Positions 42,586 through 55,625 of a stretch of 64,000 nt of DNA are shown here, in pieces. A model generated the notes under the pieces. The model had not been told where the DNA came from. It made no database searches and saw nothing but the letters and a program-made list of their open reading frames with translations. A program made the translations under genes and the position numbers. This DNA comes from Octopus vulgaris (lineage: Eukaryota), in contig OX597837.1 of the NCBI GenBank assembly GCA_951406725.2, positions 38,378,001-38,442,000 on the forward strand, given 5' to 3'. Every line of letters starts with the position of its first letter. Position 1 is the first letter of the stretch.

Positions 42586-42953
42586 GCCGTGGTTATATGG
42601 TAAGAAGTTTCCTTACTAACCAAACTGTTCGTGGTTCAGTCCCACTGCGTGGCACTTTGTGCCTCAAGTCGACCAAAGCCTTGTGAGTGGATTTGGTAGA
42701 CAGAAACTGAGAGAAGCCTGTCGTATATATATAAGTATATATATATAGTATATATATAAGTACCGTCTTCAAGAATTTTAGTTGAACGAATTGACTCCAG
42801 TACGTTTTGATGCGTGGCGCTTATTCTATCATGATCTTTTACCGAACCACTAAGTTACGGGGCCATAAACACACTAACGCCGGTTGTCAAACGGTAGTGT
42901 GTGACAAACATAGACATACACACACATGCATACACACGCACGCACACACACAG

Positions 42954-43038
<85 letters not shown>

Positions 43039-43195
43039 CGACCGGCTTCATTCAGTTTCCGTCTACAAGATCCACTCACAAATCTTTGGTTGGCCCGAGG
43101 CTTTAGAAGTAAACACTTGCCCAAGGTATCACGCAGTGGAACTGAACCCGGAACCATGTGGTTGGAACGCAAACTTCTTACCACACAGCCACACC
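42586..43195. mobile_element. SINE family A head (+, 42586-42724) followed by a full-length inverted copy (-, 42765-43195)
   Basis: Matches to the family A consensus. Confidence 0.8.
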
Positions 43196-43199
43196 TTGT

Positions 43200-43440
43200 C
43201 ATACCCACTTCTTTACTACCCACAAGAGGCCAAACATAGAGAGGACAAACAAGGACAGGCAAACGGATCAAGCCGATTACATCGACCCCAGTGCGTAACT
43301 GGTACTTAATTTATTGACCCCGAAAGGATGAAAGGCAAAGTCTACCTCGGCGGAATTTGAACTCAGGACGTAACAGCAGACGAAATACGGCTACGCAATT
43401 CGCCCGGCGTGCTAACGATTCTGCCAGCTCGCCGCCTTAA
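43200..43440 (-). mobile_element. SINE family B, near-consensus, with TSD
   Basis: Ends ...gattctgccagctcgccgcctt; ttgtcatacc duplicated at 43196-43205 and 43445-43454. Confidence 0.88.
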
Positions 43441-43678
43441 AATTTTGTCATACCGTTTAAGCAACACCACCAGCATCAATCAGCATCCCCACCTCCTCCA
43501 CCACAATCTTTATCACTAATACAACCACCATCCTCATCTAGACTACTACCACCACCACCACCATCAGACTTTAAAAAGTGGGAGATAATTTCAAGAAGTT
43601 AATTTATTTCTGAAAGTAAATTTCCGTTGTTTTGGGGAAGAAAACTCTGATATTTGTTTGGCATCCGGGTGACAACTA

Positions 43679-43713
43679 TAGATACGTTTCAGCCTATTAG
43701 TCGTCATCAGCTA
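43679..43713 (-). ncRNA. Minimal hammerhead-like motif
   Basis: Minus strand tag-CTGATGA-cgactaataggct-GAAAC-GTA-tcta; core intact, stem II one mismatch, stem I offset by one nt. Confidence 0.5.
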
Positions 43714-44098
43714 AACCAGTCGTACCAATTCAACTTATACTGTACTTTTCATTTTGAAGACAACATGATGTGATTTTGATAAAAATCTTTGACTGTTTTC
43801 TAGCTTATGTCTCATAATGTTTATTGAAATAATTTTCTAAATTTGATGAAGGGCGCTGCTTAAATCCTCACATCTTTCTTCTTCCTCCTAGCAAAGAAAT
43901 AGCCTTGATGTTGCTTAATACGGGGAATTAAACGAGAACTGCTGTTTTAACACGAACGGTCACCTGACCGAAAACAATAGTGATATCTCTCTCGGCTCAA
44001 ACCCTTCAATCTTTAAAGAAAACGGAAGGACATATGAGATAATGCATGATGTAATTATATGTATGCACGTTCACGGTATCGAACTGTGGCTAAGTAGC

Positions 44099-44134
<36 letters not shown>

Positions 44135-44795
44135 ATCTAAATATCGATTCTATTGATCTTAAAGCTATCGGTGCTCCCTTTCGATAGAAAATAAATAGAA
44201 AATTCTAAAAAAATATATAAATATAAACAGATTTGTATCTAGCGAAAAACAACGACAAAAAAATTTTTTTAATGAAATTAAAAATTAAATATAAAGAAAG
44301 AAAGAAAACCATAACTTTGTTAATTTAAAATTGAATGAAAGAAACTGAAGGTAAACAATGCAATATAGGGGATAGAAAAACTTGCCTAAGGGTACCGAAT
44401 GTAAACAGAGAAATGATACGTGTTTGAAAAACTTGCCAGGAAACGAACGCAAATAGAATTAATGGGTAAATTTCACAATGAACGAACTGTGAAAATGGCC
44501 GCCAAAATCAGTTTGACGTGCCTTGAGGATTTTTCATGAGGAAATTATAAACGTTTCGCTAATTTCCTCTGTTGCTTTGAGTGCCACTGTTATTACTAAC
44601 GCTGCAGTTGTTGCGTTTGTTGTTGTTGTTGTTGTTGTTGCAGCTGTTGTTGTTCTTGTAGCGATTGCTGTTGTTATTTGAATTGTTTTTGTCATTGGTG
44701 TTGATGTTGGCTTCTTTCTGTTGTAAAATAGTTATGGCTTTTATTATCAATGTTGTTGTTGTTAATGCTACTGTTGTTTTCATTTTAATAGGTTC

Positions 44796-46038
44796 AGGCG
44801 TGGCTGTGTGGTAAGGAATTTACTTGTCATCCACGTCGTTGGGTTCAGTCCCACTGCATGAAACCTTGGGCAAGAGTCTTTTACCATAGCCTCGAGCTGA
44901 CCAAAGCCTTGTGAGTGGATTTGGTTGAAGGAAACTGAAAGAAGCTCGTCGTATATATATTAATGTATGTATGTATATAGTGAAGGCGCATGGCTCAGTG
45001 GTTAGAGCGTCGAGCTTACGATTGTGAGGTTGTGAGCTCGAATCCCGGACCGGGCTGCGTGTTGTGATCTTGAGCAAGACACTTTATTTCACGTTGCTCC
45101 AGTTCACTCAGTTGTAGAAATGAGTCACGGGTGCCCCTTTGCCTTTCCCTTGGATAACACTGGTGGCGTGGAGAGGGGAGGCCGGTATGCATGGGCGACT
45201 GCTGGTCTTCCATAAATTACCTTGCCCAGTCTTGTGACTAGGAGGGTAACTTTCTAGGTGCAAGCCCATGGTCAGTGTCGTGACCGAAGGGGGTCCCAGG
45301 ATGTGTGTATGTGGGAACAGGCATGGCTGTGTAATAAGAAGCTTGCTTCTTAACCATATGGTTCTGAGTTCAGTCCCACTGCATGAAACCTTGAGCAAGA
45401 GTCTTTTACCATAGCCTCGAGCTGACCAAAGCCTTGTGAGTGGATTTGGTTGACGGAAACTGAAAGAAGCTCGTCGTATATATATGTATGTATGCATGTA
45501 TGTAGATACAGGCATGGCTGTGTGATACGGAGCTGGGTGATACATGGTTCTGGATGCCTCTCATTCACAACTCTTCCTATTTATAAGCGAATGTTCAGAG
45601 TAGGCCCATTTACAAGGGCTGTAGGCCCATTAACAACAACAACAATAATAATAATAATGTGGTAAGTAGCTTGTTTACCAGCCACATGGTTCCGGGTTCA
45701 GTCCCACTGCGTGGCACCTTGGGCAAGTGTCTTTTACTATAGCCTCGGGCCGACCAAAGCCTTGTGAGTGGATTTGGTAGACGGAAACTGAAAGAAGCCC
45801 GTCGTATATATGTATATATATGTGTGCGTGTGCGTTTGTATGTCTGTTTGTTCCCCTAGCATTGCTTGACAACCGATGCTGGTGTGTTTATGTCCCCGTT
45901 ACTTAGCGGTTCGGCAAAAGAGACTGATAGAATAAGTACTAGGCTTACAAAAGAATAAGTCCTGGGGTCGAGTTGCTCGATTAAAGGCGGTGCTCCAGCA
46001 TGGCCGCAGTCAAATGACTGAAACAAGTAAAAAGAGTA
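44796..46038 (+). mobile_element. Cluster of SINE family A copies (heads 44796-44952 and 45318-45478; near-full copy 45657-46038)
   Basis: Matches to the family A consensus; the two heads share diagnostic variants (gcatgaaacc, agagtcttttaccatagcctcgagctgacc). Confidence 0.85.
44980..45298 (+). mobile_element. SINE family C, full length
   Basis: tRNA-like head ggcgcatggctcagtggttagagcg...gctcgaatccc, CORE-like ttgagcaagacactt body, LINE-like tail. Confidence 0.85.
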
Positions 46039-46074
46039 ATAATAATAATAATAATAATAAACATAATAGTTCCT

Positions 46075-46260
46075 TCTTATTATAGCACAAGGCAAGTGGT
46101 TTTGAGGTGGGTGGGCAAGTGGATGCCATCTATCCCACTACTAAGTATTAAAGGATAAAGTCGACTTTGGCAGGATTGGAACTCAGAACATAAAGAGCCT
46201 GAAGAAAAGCGGTTAAGCATTTTGTTCGACGCGCTGCCGATTCCGGCAGTTCGCTACCTT
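46075..46260 (-). mobile_element. SINE family B, diverged
   Basis: aagtcgactttggcaggattggaactcagaac...gattccggcagttcgctacctt. Confidence 0.65.
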
Positions 46261-46608
46261 ATTCCGGCAGTTCGCTACCTTATTCCGGCAAATGTTAATG
46301 CTAATTACAAACCTAACTTTGCAGCCCCAGGTCATGGGGGGGGGGTCAACAGGTCATCAATTAACTTGGGTCAAGGACCTTCGTAAACATTGCGCTAGGG
46401 AATTTCATGGACCTGAAAATAGTTGTTGTTGTTGTTTGTTAATGCTGTTTCTGTCGTTGTAGGTGTTGTTGCTTTGGCTGTTGTAGTTTTTGTTGATGAT
46501 GAGAAACCTTCAGTTGATGTTGTTGTTTTTGGTGTTGTCTTTGTTGCTGTTGATGATGATGATGATGATGATGATGACGACGACGACGATGACAATGATA
46601 ATGATGGA

Positions 46609-46641
<33 letters not shown>

Positions 46642-47030
46642 AACGATGACGACGGCGGCGACGACGATGACGATAATGAGGATGATGATGATGATGATAA
46701 TGACAACGATGACAGCGATGACGACGACGGCGGCAATGATGATGATGAAGATAATGATGATGATGATGAAGATGCATCATCATCACCATGATCATCATCA
46801 ACATGACGGCGACGATGATGATGAATACAGCGACAACGATGCTGCTGGTGATGACTAGGATGGCAACGAAAGACGATTGCGACGACGACGACGATGATAA
46901 TTATAATCTTGACGCTGCTGTGATTGTCCTGGTTAATGTTTGTTGCTTTGATTTGAAGATGTTCTTATTATTACTATTTCATAGGTGTTCATATTATAGT
47001 TACGGATGTTTTTGTTGTTGTTGTTGTTGC

Positions 47031-47070
<40 letters not shown>

Positions 47071-47079
47071 CTTCTTCTT

Positions 47080-47110
<31 letters not shown>

Positions 47111-47985
47111 GTGTTGTTGTTCTTAGTGTTGTTGTTCTTCTTCGTCTTGTTCTTGTTGTTGTTCTTCTTCTCCTTCTTCTTTTTCTTCATCATCATCATC
47201 ATCAACTTCTACTTTTTCTTCTTCTTCTTCGTCTTCATCTTTTTCTTCTTTTCCTTCTTCTTCTTCTTCACCACCTCCTCCCCTTCCTCCTCGTCCTTCT
47301 TCTTCTTCTTCTTCTTCTTCTTCTTCGTCTTCTTCGGACGTTCTCCTACTCATTGTTGTTGTTGTTATTGCTCTTGTTGTTGCTGTTATTGTTGCAGTTG
47401 TCTTGATTGTTGCTATTATTGTAGATGTTGTTATTTATGCTCTTGTTGTTGATATTGTTATTCAAGTCGTCAGTATTCTCTGCGTCGATGCCATCGCAAT
47501 TATCGTCGTCATCGCCATTATCGTCGTTATTTCCGTTATTGTAGTTATTGCACTTGTTGTTGTTACTAAAGTTCTTACTTATCCTTATTGTTGATTTTAT
47601 TCTCGTCGTCGCCATCGTCCTCATCGTTGTTGTTGTTGTTGCTATCATCGCTAATTAGTTTAACTGAGAAAACATTCTTTAATTGAAACGCCATTTTGAT
47701 TGCATGATTTATCGCCGGCAGCCATTTTGCTTCAATTATGTATCCTTTTGTTTCGCGTTATTTCGCTTTTCTTTTATATTCCTTATAAATTACATTTCAT
47801 TGCGATTATCAGAATATTTTCCCGTTGTTCCGCCCCCCACTAACAAAACTCCTTTAAGCCATTGACGGATTATGGATTATCGGCTTAGCGTTTAACGGAA
47901 TCCGTTTCAAGATCTAAACACAACTGGTTCAAATTTCAACGATACCCCATTTTACTATTTACCTATCTATCTATCAATCTCTTTA

Positions 47986-48022
<37 letters not shown>

Positions 48023-48318
48023 ATCCATGTATATATTTATTTATCTATATATATATGCATATAGATATGTATGTATGTATGCATGTATGTTTGTACATAC
48101 GAACGTACGTAAGTATATACATGTAGGTGGGTAGGTAGGTACGTACTTATGTAATTACATACGTATGTATGTTTGTATCTGTTTATACATCTATACATTT
48201 ACCTGCCTATTTGTAAATTTATCTATCTATCGTCTATATTTGCTCTTCTACATATATATTTAACTACCTGCCTATCTACCTTCTTATGTTTGTATGCATG
48301 TATCTATCTAACAAACTC

Positions 48319-48382
<64 letters not shown>

Positions 48383-48398
48383 CCTTCTATCTATCTCT

Positions 48399-48458
<60 letters not shown>

Positions 48459-48634
48459 CTGCTTGACTTCCTACATATTTTCACAGCTAATTTGGTTGTT
48501 ATTGGTGGCATTTTTTTCTGTCTCTACGTTCTGAGTTCAAATTCCACCGAGGTCGACTTTGCCATTCACCCTTTCGGGATCGATAAAATAAGTACCAGTA
48601 GAGCACTGGGGCGGAGTTGATGATAATAATAAAT

Positions 48635-49123
48635 GCTGTGACGCAGTAGCAGGTTCTGGCTCTCATGGTTTCTCATCTTAACTGATTGGAAGTGTTATCA
48701 TGTATATTGTTTTGTCTTGGTATAAAAGATGGGCCACAGCAAATATTCTGCTCAATACCACGGATTTGCTTCTCTGTTGCTTGATCTTAACCAGTTGACA
48801 TATGTCCGTTAGCGGCTGGCAATCTGTGCATCTCTGATCATGAGAAGAAGTAGTGGGGTAGCATCACAGCCATGAGTTGAGTGGAATTCTTTGGGGTTAG
48901 AATAATTCACCTCTGGAAACTAGGGTGTTTCGTTTAGGGACCTTTTGAACATGATGCGTTACTCGATCTGATGAAACTTCTAACTGGGCCCTACCTGCAA
49001 GGTCATGCACTGTTTATCTTGATACGAGGTCATCATGTAGTGCACATTATGACTGTGACACTGTGGCCTGGTGTACCCCTAATCAGATGAGTAGTTATAA
49101 TGGATATATTGGGCTTATACGTC
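48635..49123 (-). mobile_element. Unclassified retroposon-like repeat remnant
   Basis: Complex sequence between a family B fragment and microsatellites, ending in a (TAT)n-like tail on the minus strand; no recognisable ORF. Confidence 0.35.
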
Positions 49124-49180
49124 AATGATGATGATGATGATGGTGATGATGGTGATGATGATGATGACGACGACGACGGC

Positions 49181-49225
<45 letters not shown>

Positions 49226-49342
49226 AATAATAATAATAATAATAATATTTTTTCTTTTTATTTATTTATTTTTTCTATTTTATTTTATTTTATTATTTTT
49301 TTAAATCAATTTATTTATTTTTTATTTTTATGTACTAGACAT

Positions 49343-50160
49343 TCACTAGTACAACACCAAAAAAAAAAAAAAAAACCAAATATATGGCACAGAACTTCCA
49401 ACCTGTTGTCTCTTGAGGTCTCTGGGTGAGACTTGGAGCCAACTTGTACAGACATAAAGCAAAAGTCAAACATAGAATAATAAGAATAATAATAACAGAA
49501 GCTGAAATCATTGCCACCAAACAAGCAACACGGATCAAACAGACAGCAAAAAAAGAACGGGCAGAAAGAAATTGAGAATCAACTGCATGGACAGTATATT
49601 CTTCGAAGCCGAAATGCTGATGTAGACCAAGCAACAACACGTCAGTAGCTGGGAAGCTCAGGATTGAAAGCAGAGACTAGAAGATCCAGACAACCCGACA
49701 GAAAGATCCAGACTAATCGACCAGACATAGTCATTAAAGATAGAGAGGAAAATACTTGTAGACTAAAAGAGGTAAGTGTTCCCACTGATAAAAATATATC
49801 TCTTTTACCTCTTTCAGTCATTTCACTGCGGCCATGCTGGAACACCGCCTTTAGTCGAGTAAATCGACCCCAGGACTTATTCTTTGTAAGCATAGTACTA
49901 ACTCTATCGGTCTCTTTTGTCGAACCGTAAAAAAATTTGACAAATTAAGTAAATATAAGAACCTGGAAGTTGAAATACAAAAGATGTGGCATCTTAAAGC
50001 GAGAACTGTTCCTGTTATTGTGAATTCTCTAAATATTATAAGAAACGGATGTCAGAAATATCTAAATGATATCCCAGGAGAACCATGTCTCAGAGAAATC
50101 CAAAAGATTGTGCTGACAAGTATTGCCCACATTCATAGAAAAAAATGCCCTATCAGTTTA
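49343..50160 (+). pseudogene. R4/Dong-like non-LTR retrotransposon fragments with an inserted SINE A tail (49801-49927, -)
   Basis: QLHGQYILRS...SSGLKAET / IQTNRPDIVIKDREENTCRLKEVSVPTDKNI / KLSKYKNLEVEIQKMWHLKARTVPVIV...EIQKIVLTSIAHI; preceded by a 3'UTR-like piece ending in (AAT)n. Confidence 0.8.
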
Positions 50161-50416
50161 AATGTCTGTGTTGTATTACATGAAGATATTTCGCAACTGC
50201 CCCTGCCACTTCCGTAACTGATATCGGAAACTATGCATATATAGAAAATTTCAAATGAATTGGACGATGGGTCGAAAGTCGAAAGGATCCCTAAACTCAT
50301 TTGTGTTTGTATGTCTGTGTGTGTGTGTGTGTGTGTGTGTATTAATGAGTGAATGACTAAGAGTGAATGAGTGAAAGAGTGAGAGAATATGTGAGTGTAT
50401 GTTCATGTTAGGGTGT

Positions 50417-50618
50417 GTGGAGGCGTGTTACTCAGTGGTTAGAGGGTGATACTTTGGTTTCGATTCCTGGGCTGGGCAATGCATTGTATTCTTGAGCAAA
50501 ACACTGTCAAAAATGAGTAACCCTGCGACAGATCGGCGTCCCATCCAGGTGGGGGATTATATGTGTCACAGAACCCGGGGGAAGCAGCTATATGAGCAAA
50601 TGGCGCGGGAAGAACTTT
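50417..50618 (+). mobile_element. tRNA-headed SINE with V-SINE-like body, diverged
   Basis: ggcgtgttactcagtggttagag...ggttcgattcc...aaccctgcgacagatcggcgtcccatccagg. Confidence 0.6.
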
Positions 50619-51049
50619 CAATCTTTTTCTTATATGTGTCCGCGCGTATTCTTTTCTTTTTTAAATTCTGTTATATGTTTCAGTCATCTCACTGCGGCTA
50701 TACTGGAGCACCGTCTTAAAGGGCTTTTTAGTAGAAGAAATCGATCCAGGACTTATTCTTTGTAAGCCTATTCGCTTGCTTTCTTCCAAACATTTAATGC
50801 CCTTTACTTAGATTTTTGGGGCCTAACAATTTTGAACAGTCTCAAATGTAACAGGCCGAAACTGTAACGATGATTGGAAGCTTGACGGATGAATAGAACG
50901 CCATGAATGTTCCGCCCTGCTTTCCCTATTCGTCTTTGTATCGTCCATCTGTCGGTATGTTTTTATTGTCTGTTTCTTTTGTATTTATATATACATATAG
51001 TGGCGTACATACACCTTTTGCTCAGCTTGTAAGTATATGTGTGTGTATG

Positions 51050-51112
<63 letters not shown>

Positions 51113-51204
51113 ATAAATATTAGGGAATAAATCCAAATTTACAGGGAAAAATCAGATTTAGGATTAAAACTTCATAAATTATAACAGTTTAGGAGATCGA
51201 AAAT

Positions 51205-51247
51205 CCACCTGACGAATGTCATTGAAGACATGAAACGATTGTAGTGG
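51205..51247 (+). ncRNA. Minimal type I hammerhead motif
   Basis: ccac-CTGACGA-atgtc attgaa gacat-GAAAC-gatt-GTA-gtgg; intact core, perfect stems I (4 bp) and II (5 bp); inside a TA-flanked insert ~51108-51340. Confidence 0.85.
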
Positions 51248-51338
51248 CGGTTTATTTCTTTATATTAAAAATTTTTATGTATTGATTAAGTCTTTCCTTG
51301 TTTGTTTTGCAAAATAGTGGTTTTGTCTCGAATTATAT

Positions 51339-51384
<46 letters not shown>

Positions 51385-51474
51385 AATATTCATACATATA
51401 TACATGCATACACACGCACTCACACACACATACTCCCCCCACACATATATGTTTCCGTAGAAACATATACTTAT

Positions 51475-52230
51475 TTACTAAGAAGGCATTGGTCGATCAA
51501 GGGCTACACTAAAATGCATTTGCTGAATGTGCTACGGAGTGGGACTGAACCCGATACCATGTTGTTGGAATGCGAGCTCCTTAACCACACCGCCAATCCT
51601 GCGCCTAAATATACATAAGTGTGGGTGTGTAGCGAAGAAGTTTGGGTAAGTATCTGCCATTGTAGACCCTGGTCGGCCGAAGCGATGTAAGTGGAATTGG
51701 TAGGCGGAAACAGAAAAGAACCCGGAACATGTGAATTCGGTTCTGAGACACAGCGTGAAAAAATACATCAATACACCAAATCTGAAAAATTTCAGAAAAT
51801 GCAGCCAACCTCTGTATGTGTGTGTGTGTGTATGTGAGCGCGTGTATGTGAGCGCGTGTGTGTTTGTATGTGTGTATATATGCGTGTGTGTGTATGTGTC
51901 TGTTTGTGTGTGTATATATGCGTGTGTGTGTATATATGTGTGTGTTTGTGTGTGTGTATGCGTGCGTGTGTATGTGTGTGTGCGTGTGTGTGTATGTGTG
52001 TGCGCGTATGTGTATGTATGTATGCGTGTGTGTGTGTGTGTATGTGATTGTTTCCTTGTCTCTATATTTGCCCCCCCACCACCGTTTGACAACTTAGCGG
52101 TTCGACAAAATTCACTGATTAAGAACCAAGCTTAGAAAGGAAAAAAATGTACTACGGACGATTCGTTCGACTCAAAATTTTTTTATGGTCGTGCCCCAGC
52201 ATGGCCGCAGTCTAAAAGCTAGAAGTAAAA
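51475..52230. mobile_element. Head-to-head diverged SINE family A copies (-, 51475-51606; +, 51618-52230)
   Basis: Degenerate matches to the family A consensus. Confidence 0.6.
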
Positions 52231-53372
52231 AATAAATCATTTATATATAAACATGCGTATGTGCGCGCGTGCATGGCCGTTCCCCCCTATGGCCACCACC
52301 CACGAGCCAATCAAATATACGAGTAAACACTCTCTTCTCTCTCTCTCTTCTTACCTCTCTCTCCCTACCTCTCTCCCTATCTCTCTCTTGCTCTCCATGT
52401 TACTGTCTCTCTTTCTCTCTCTCTACCTGTTACTATCTCTTTGTCTCACCCTGTTACTATTTCTCTCTCTCTCTCTCTCTCTGCCACTATCACTATTTCT
52501 TTCTTTCTCTCACTCTCTCTCTCCCTGTTACTATTTCTCTACTTCTTTCCCTGTCTCTCCCTGTTGCTTTCTCTCTATATCTATTTTTCTCTCTCTTTTT
52601 CTTTCCTCTTATCTCCCATCTCTCTCCCATTCTCTCACCATTTACCTCTCTCCTCTCTCCCGCTATCCCTATTACTGTCTCTCTATCTCTCTTTCTCTCT
52701 TTCTACCTGTTACTAACTCTTTGTCTCTCTCTCTGTCACTATCTTTCTCTATTTCTTTCTCTCTATCTCCCTGTTACTTTCTGTTTATAACTCTTTTTCT
52801 CTCATTTTTTTCTTTCTCTTTATCTTTCTCTTTCTCTCTCACTTTCTCACACTCTTTACCTCTCTCTCTCTCTCTGTCTTTACCTCTCCCCTCCTTTCTC
52901 CCTCTCTCGCTCTTTACCAATCAGAAAACAGTAAAATTCACCGTGTACCAATTGCGGCCCGCAACTATAACATTATATGATTTCTGGTTTATTCACTGGC
53001 CACTTTCAGTTCCACCCTTAATCACTCTACACCACCACCTCCATCTCCACCACCCCACTCCGGTCACCATGACCACCACTACCACCACCACTACCACGGT
53101 TATTGTGGGTCCCAGCCACATTCCCCTCCCTGACCCATTATTTCGTGCACTGCTCGTCCCCAACACTCAACCCGCCCCGCGCCGCCTCGCCTCACCTCGC
53201 CTCCCTCGCTCTCCTTCCTCGTCTCACCCGGTTGGGCAGTCACTGACTGTGTAACCCGCCTCATCTGCCTTCAATAATGAAACGTTGAAATCACAGAGGG
53301 CGGGTAACAATGGGGTGGTTGGCGGCAAGAAGAGTAACCCATCCATTCACCGCCCCCTTACGAGCTCATTAC

Positions 53373-53466
<94 letters not shown>

Positions 53467-54232
53467 TGCAATTCCCCATTCCGCCGCATGAATAAATTAA
53501 AAACGTGTTTTGTAATAAAAAAGTCATAAAACCATTTTATTCCCGAGCTTTGTTTGTTATCAGAAAAAGACGAATGGCTTGTCTTGCCTGGCACATTGGT
53601 GGTGGACGTGGGAGGTGGTGGTGGTACTGGTGGTGTTGGTAGTTGTGGCGGTGGTGGTGGTGGTATTTGTAGTCGTGGTGGTTGTGGTGGCGGTAGAGGT
53701 GATGGTGGTGATGGTAGTGGTGGAGGAGGTGGTGGTTGTGTTGGTTGTAGTGGTGATGGTGGAGCTTGTGGTATTTGTAGTGGTAGTGATTGTGGTCGCG
53801 GTAGAGGTGATGGTGGAGCTTGTGGTGGTGGTGGTGGTGGTGGTAGTAGTAGTGGTGGCGATGGTGGATAGTTGTGCAGACAGCAATGGTGGTGGTAATA
53901 CTGGTATTGTGGCTATGCTAGTGGTAGGGGTGGTCACGGTCGTCGTAGTGGTGGTGGTGACGGAGGTAGCGGTGATGGTGGTGGTGGCTGGGATGTTGGT
54001 AGAGGTAGTGGTCGGGGTGATGCTGGTGTTGTTGTTTGTTGTTGTTGTTGGTGTTTTTGGTGATGGCTATGGCGGTAGGTAGTAGTGACGGTGGTGTTGG
54101 TGGCGGAGTGGCGGGAGGAGAGGGGGAGTGTGGTGATGGTAATTTGAGAGTCAACCAGGTGAAACCGTTCGGTTCCTAATCTGATTGGCTGCTCACTAAT
54201 GGTGTTGTAAGCTGCCTGCTGGCTTCTCTTCA

Positions 54233-54268
54233 GTCATCATCATCATCATCATCATCATCACCGTCATC

Positions 54269-54310
<42 letters not shown>

Positions 54311-54355
54311 GTCATCATCATGATCATCATCATCATCATCATCATCACCGTCATC

Positions 54356-54403
<48 letters not shown>

Positions 54404-54437
54404 GTCATCATCATCATCATCATCATCATCATCACCG

Positions 54438-54505
<68 letters not shown>

Positions 54506-54697
54506 GTCGTCGTCATTTTCATCGACATCATCATCGTCATCATCATGATCATCATGATCATGATCATCATCGTCATCATCATCAACATTATCATCAGCGT
54601 TTTCATCATCATCATCATTCTCTTCACGGACGCCATCGTCGTCAGCATCGGCGTCGGCGTCGTTGTTGTCAATATCGTGAGCGTCATCAGCTTCGCC

Positions 54698-54745
<48 letters not shown>

Positions 54746-54845
54746 GTCGTCGTCATTTTCATCGACATCATCATCATCATCATCATTATCATCATCATCC
54801 CCGTCCTCCATCTCCTCCTCCTCCTCCTCATCATCATCATTGTCA
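54233..54845. repeat. (CAT)n trinucleotide repeat
   Basis: Direct reading. Confidence 0.97.
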
Positions 54846-54864
54846 TCCCCTTCATGCTAGTCAC

Positions 54865-54945
54865 CCTTGTGCTCGAAGTAGCATTGGCAGCAGCAGTGGC
54901 AGCGGCAGCAGCAGCAATACTGCTGTTTGCTGGAAGGGACAAATT
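54865..54945 (-). CDS. Candidate 81-nt internal exon encoding an Ala-rich peptide
   Basis: Minus strand: T-run ...ggtttcAG| NLSLPANSSIAAAAAATAAANATSSTR |GTGACT; length divisible by 3, no stop; no homology evidence. Confidence 0.25.
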
Positions 54946-55395
54946 CTGAAACCAAAAAAAAAAAAACTGCAGAATGCCATTTTAAAAAGAAATGAAAAAA
55001 AAAAAAACCGACACAAAATCAATAAATAATAAAAAATATATATATAAATAACAGTCTGGGTGTGTCGGGAAGGGTGGGCGTAAGTGGAGGGGTGCTATGT
55101 GCCTGTTGGGGATGGATTGAATGTGTAGGACGGGAGGTGGAGGAAGACAGAGACGGGGGGGCGCGACTGACAGACAATGAAGCGTCCAATTGGGCCCAGG
55201 AGGAATGTAGTCACGTGACAATGAGAGGTTTCTTGACTGCGTTGGGGGGATGTTGGTTAGGGTGGGCTCGGATGGATTGGGGGGGGTGGAGAAAGTCATG
55301 TATGACAATAAAAGCTATTATTTGACCAAAGGGCGGTTAAAGAAGATTCGTGAGAATAAAAAAAAAAGGGCGATTGGGGGATGAATAATTTTAGC

Positions 55396-55625
55396 CACGT
55401 GACGATAGGAACCAATTGGCGAAGAGCAATTGAGAGAACACGTGATAATAAAAGTCATTTTGTGAAGAGCATTGTAGAGCCACGTGACAACACAAACCAA
55501 TTGGCGATGAGTAGTTTCGATACGTCATCGTAAAAGTCAATTTATGGAGGAGCTGTTTCGTCACGTGACAGTAGAAGCCAATTCGTGGAGAGCAATTGTG
55601 TCACGTGATGAGAAAAAAGCCACTG
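55396..55625. promoter_or_regulatory. Phased E-box (CACGTG)/CCAAT array, six units
   Basis: E-boxes at 55396, 55439, 55481, 55521 (TACGTC variant), 55562 and 55602; CCAAT exactly 8 nt after CACGTGAC in units 1, 3 and 5. Confidence 0.5.

Noticed and set aside
44980-45055. tRNA gene
   Set aside because: No complete cloverleaf or T-run terminator; it continues into a SINE body, as do the other tRNA-like heads.
52253-53254. 333-aa Leu/Ser-rich ORF
   Set aside because: CT-rich low complexity lacking stops by composition.
55396-55625. CRISPR-like array or ERSE elements
   Set aside because: Eukaryotic context, repeats too short and degenerate, no cas genes; order and spacing do not fit CCAAT-N9-CCACG.
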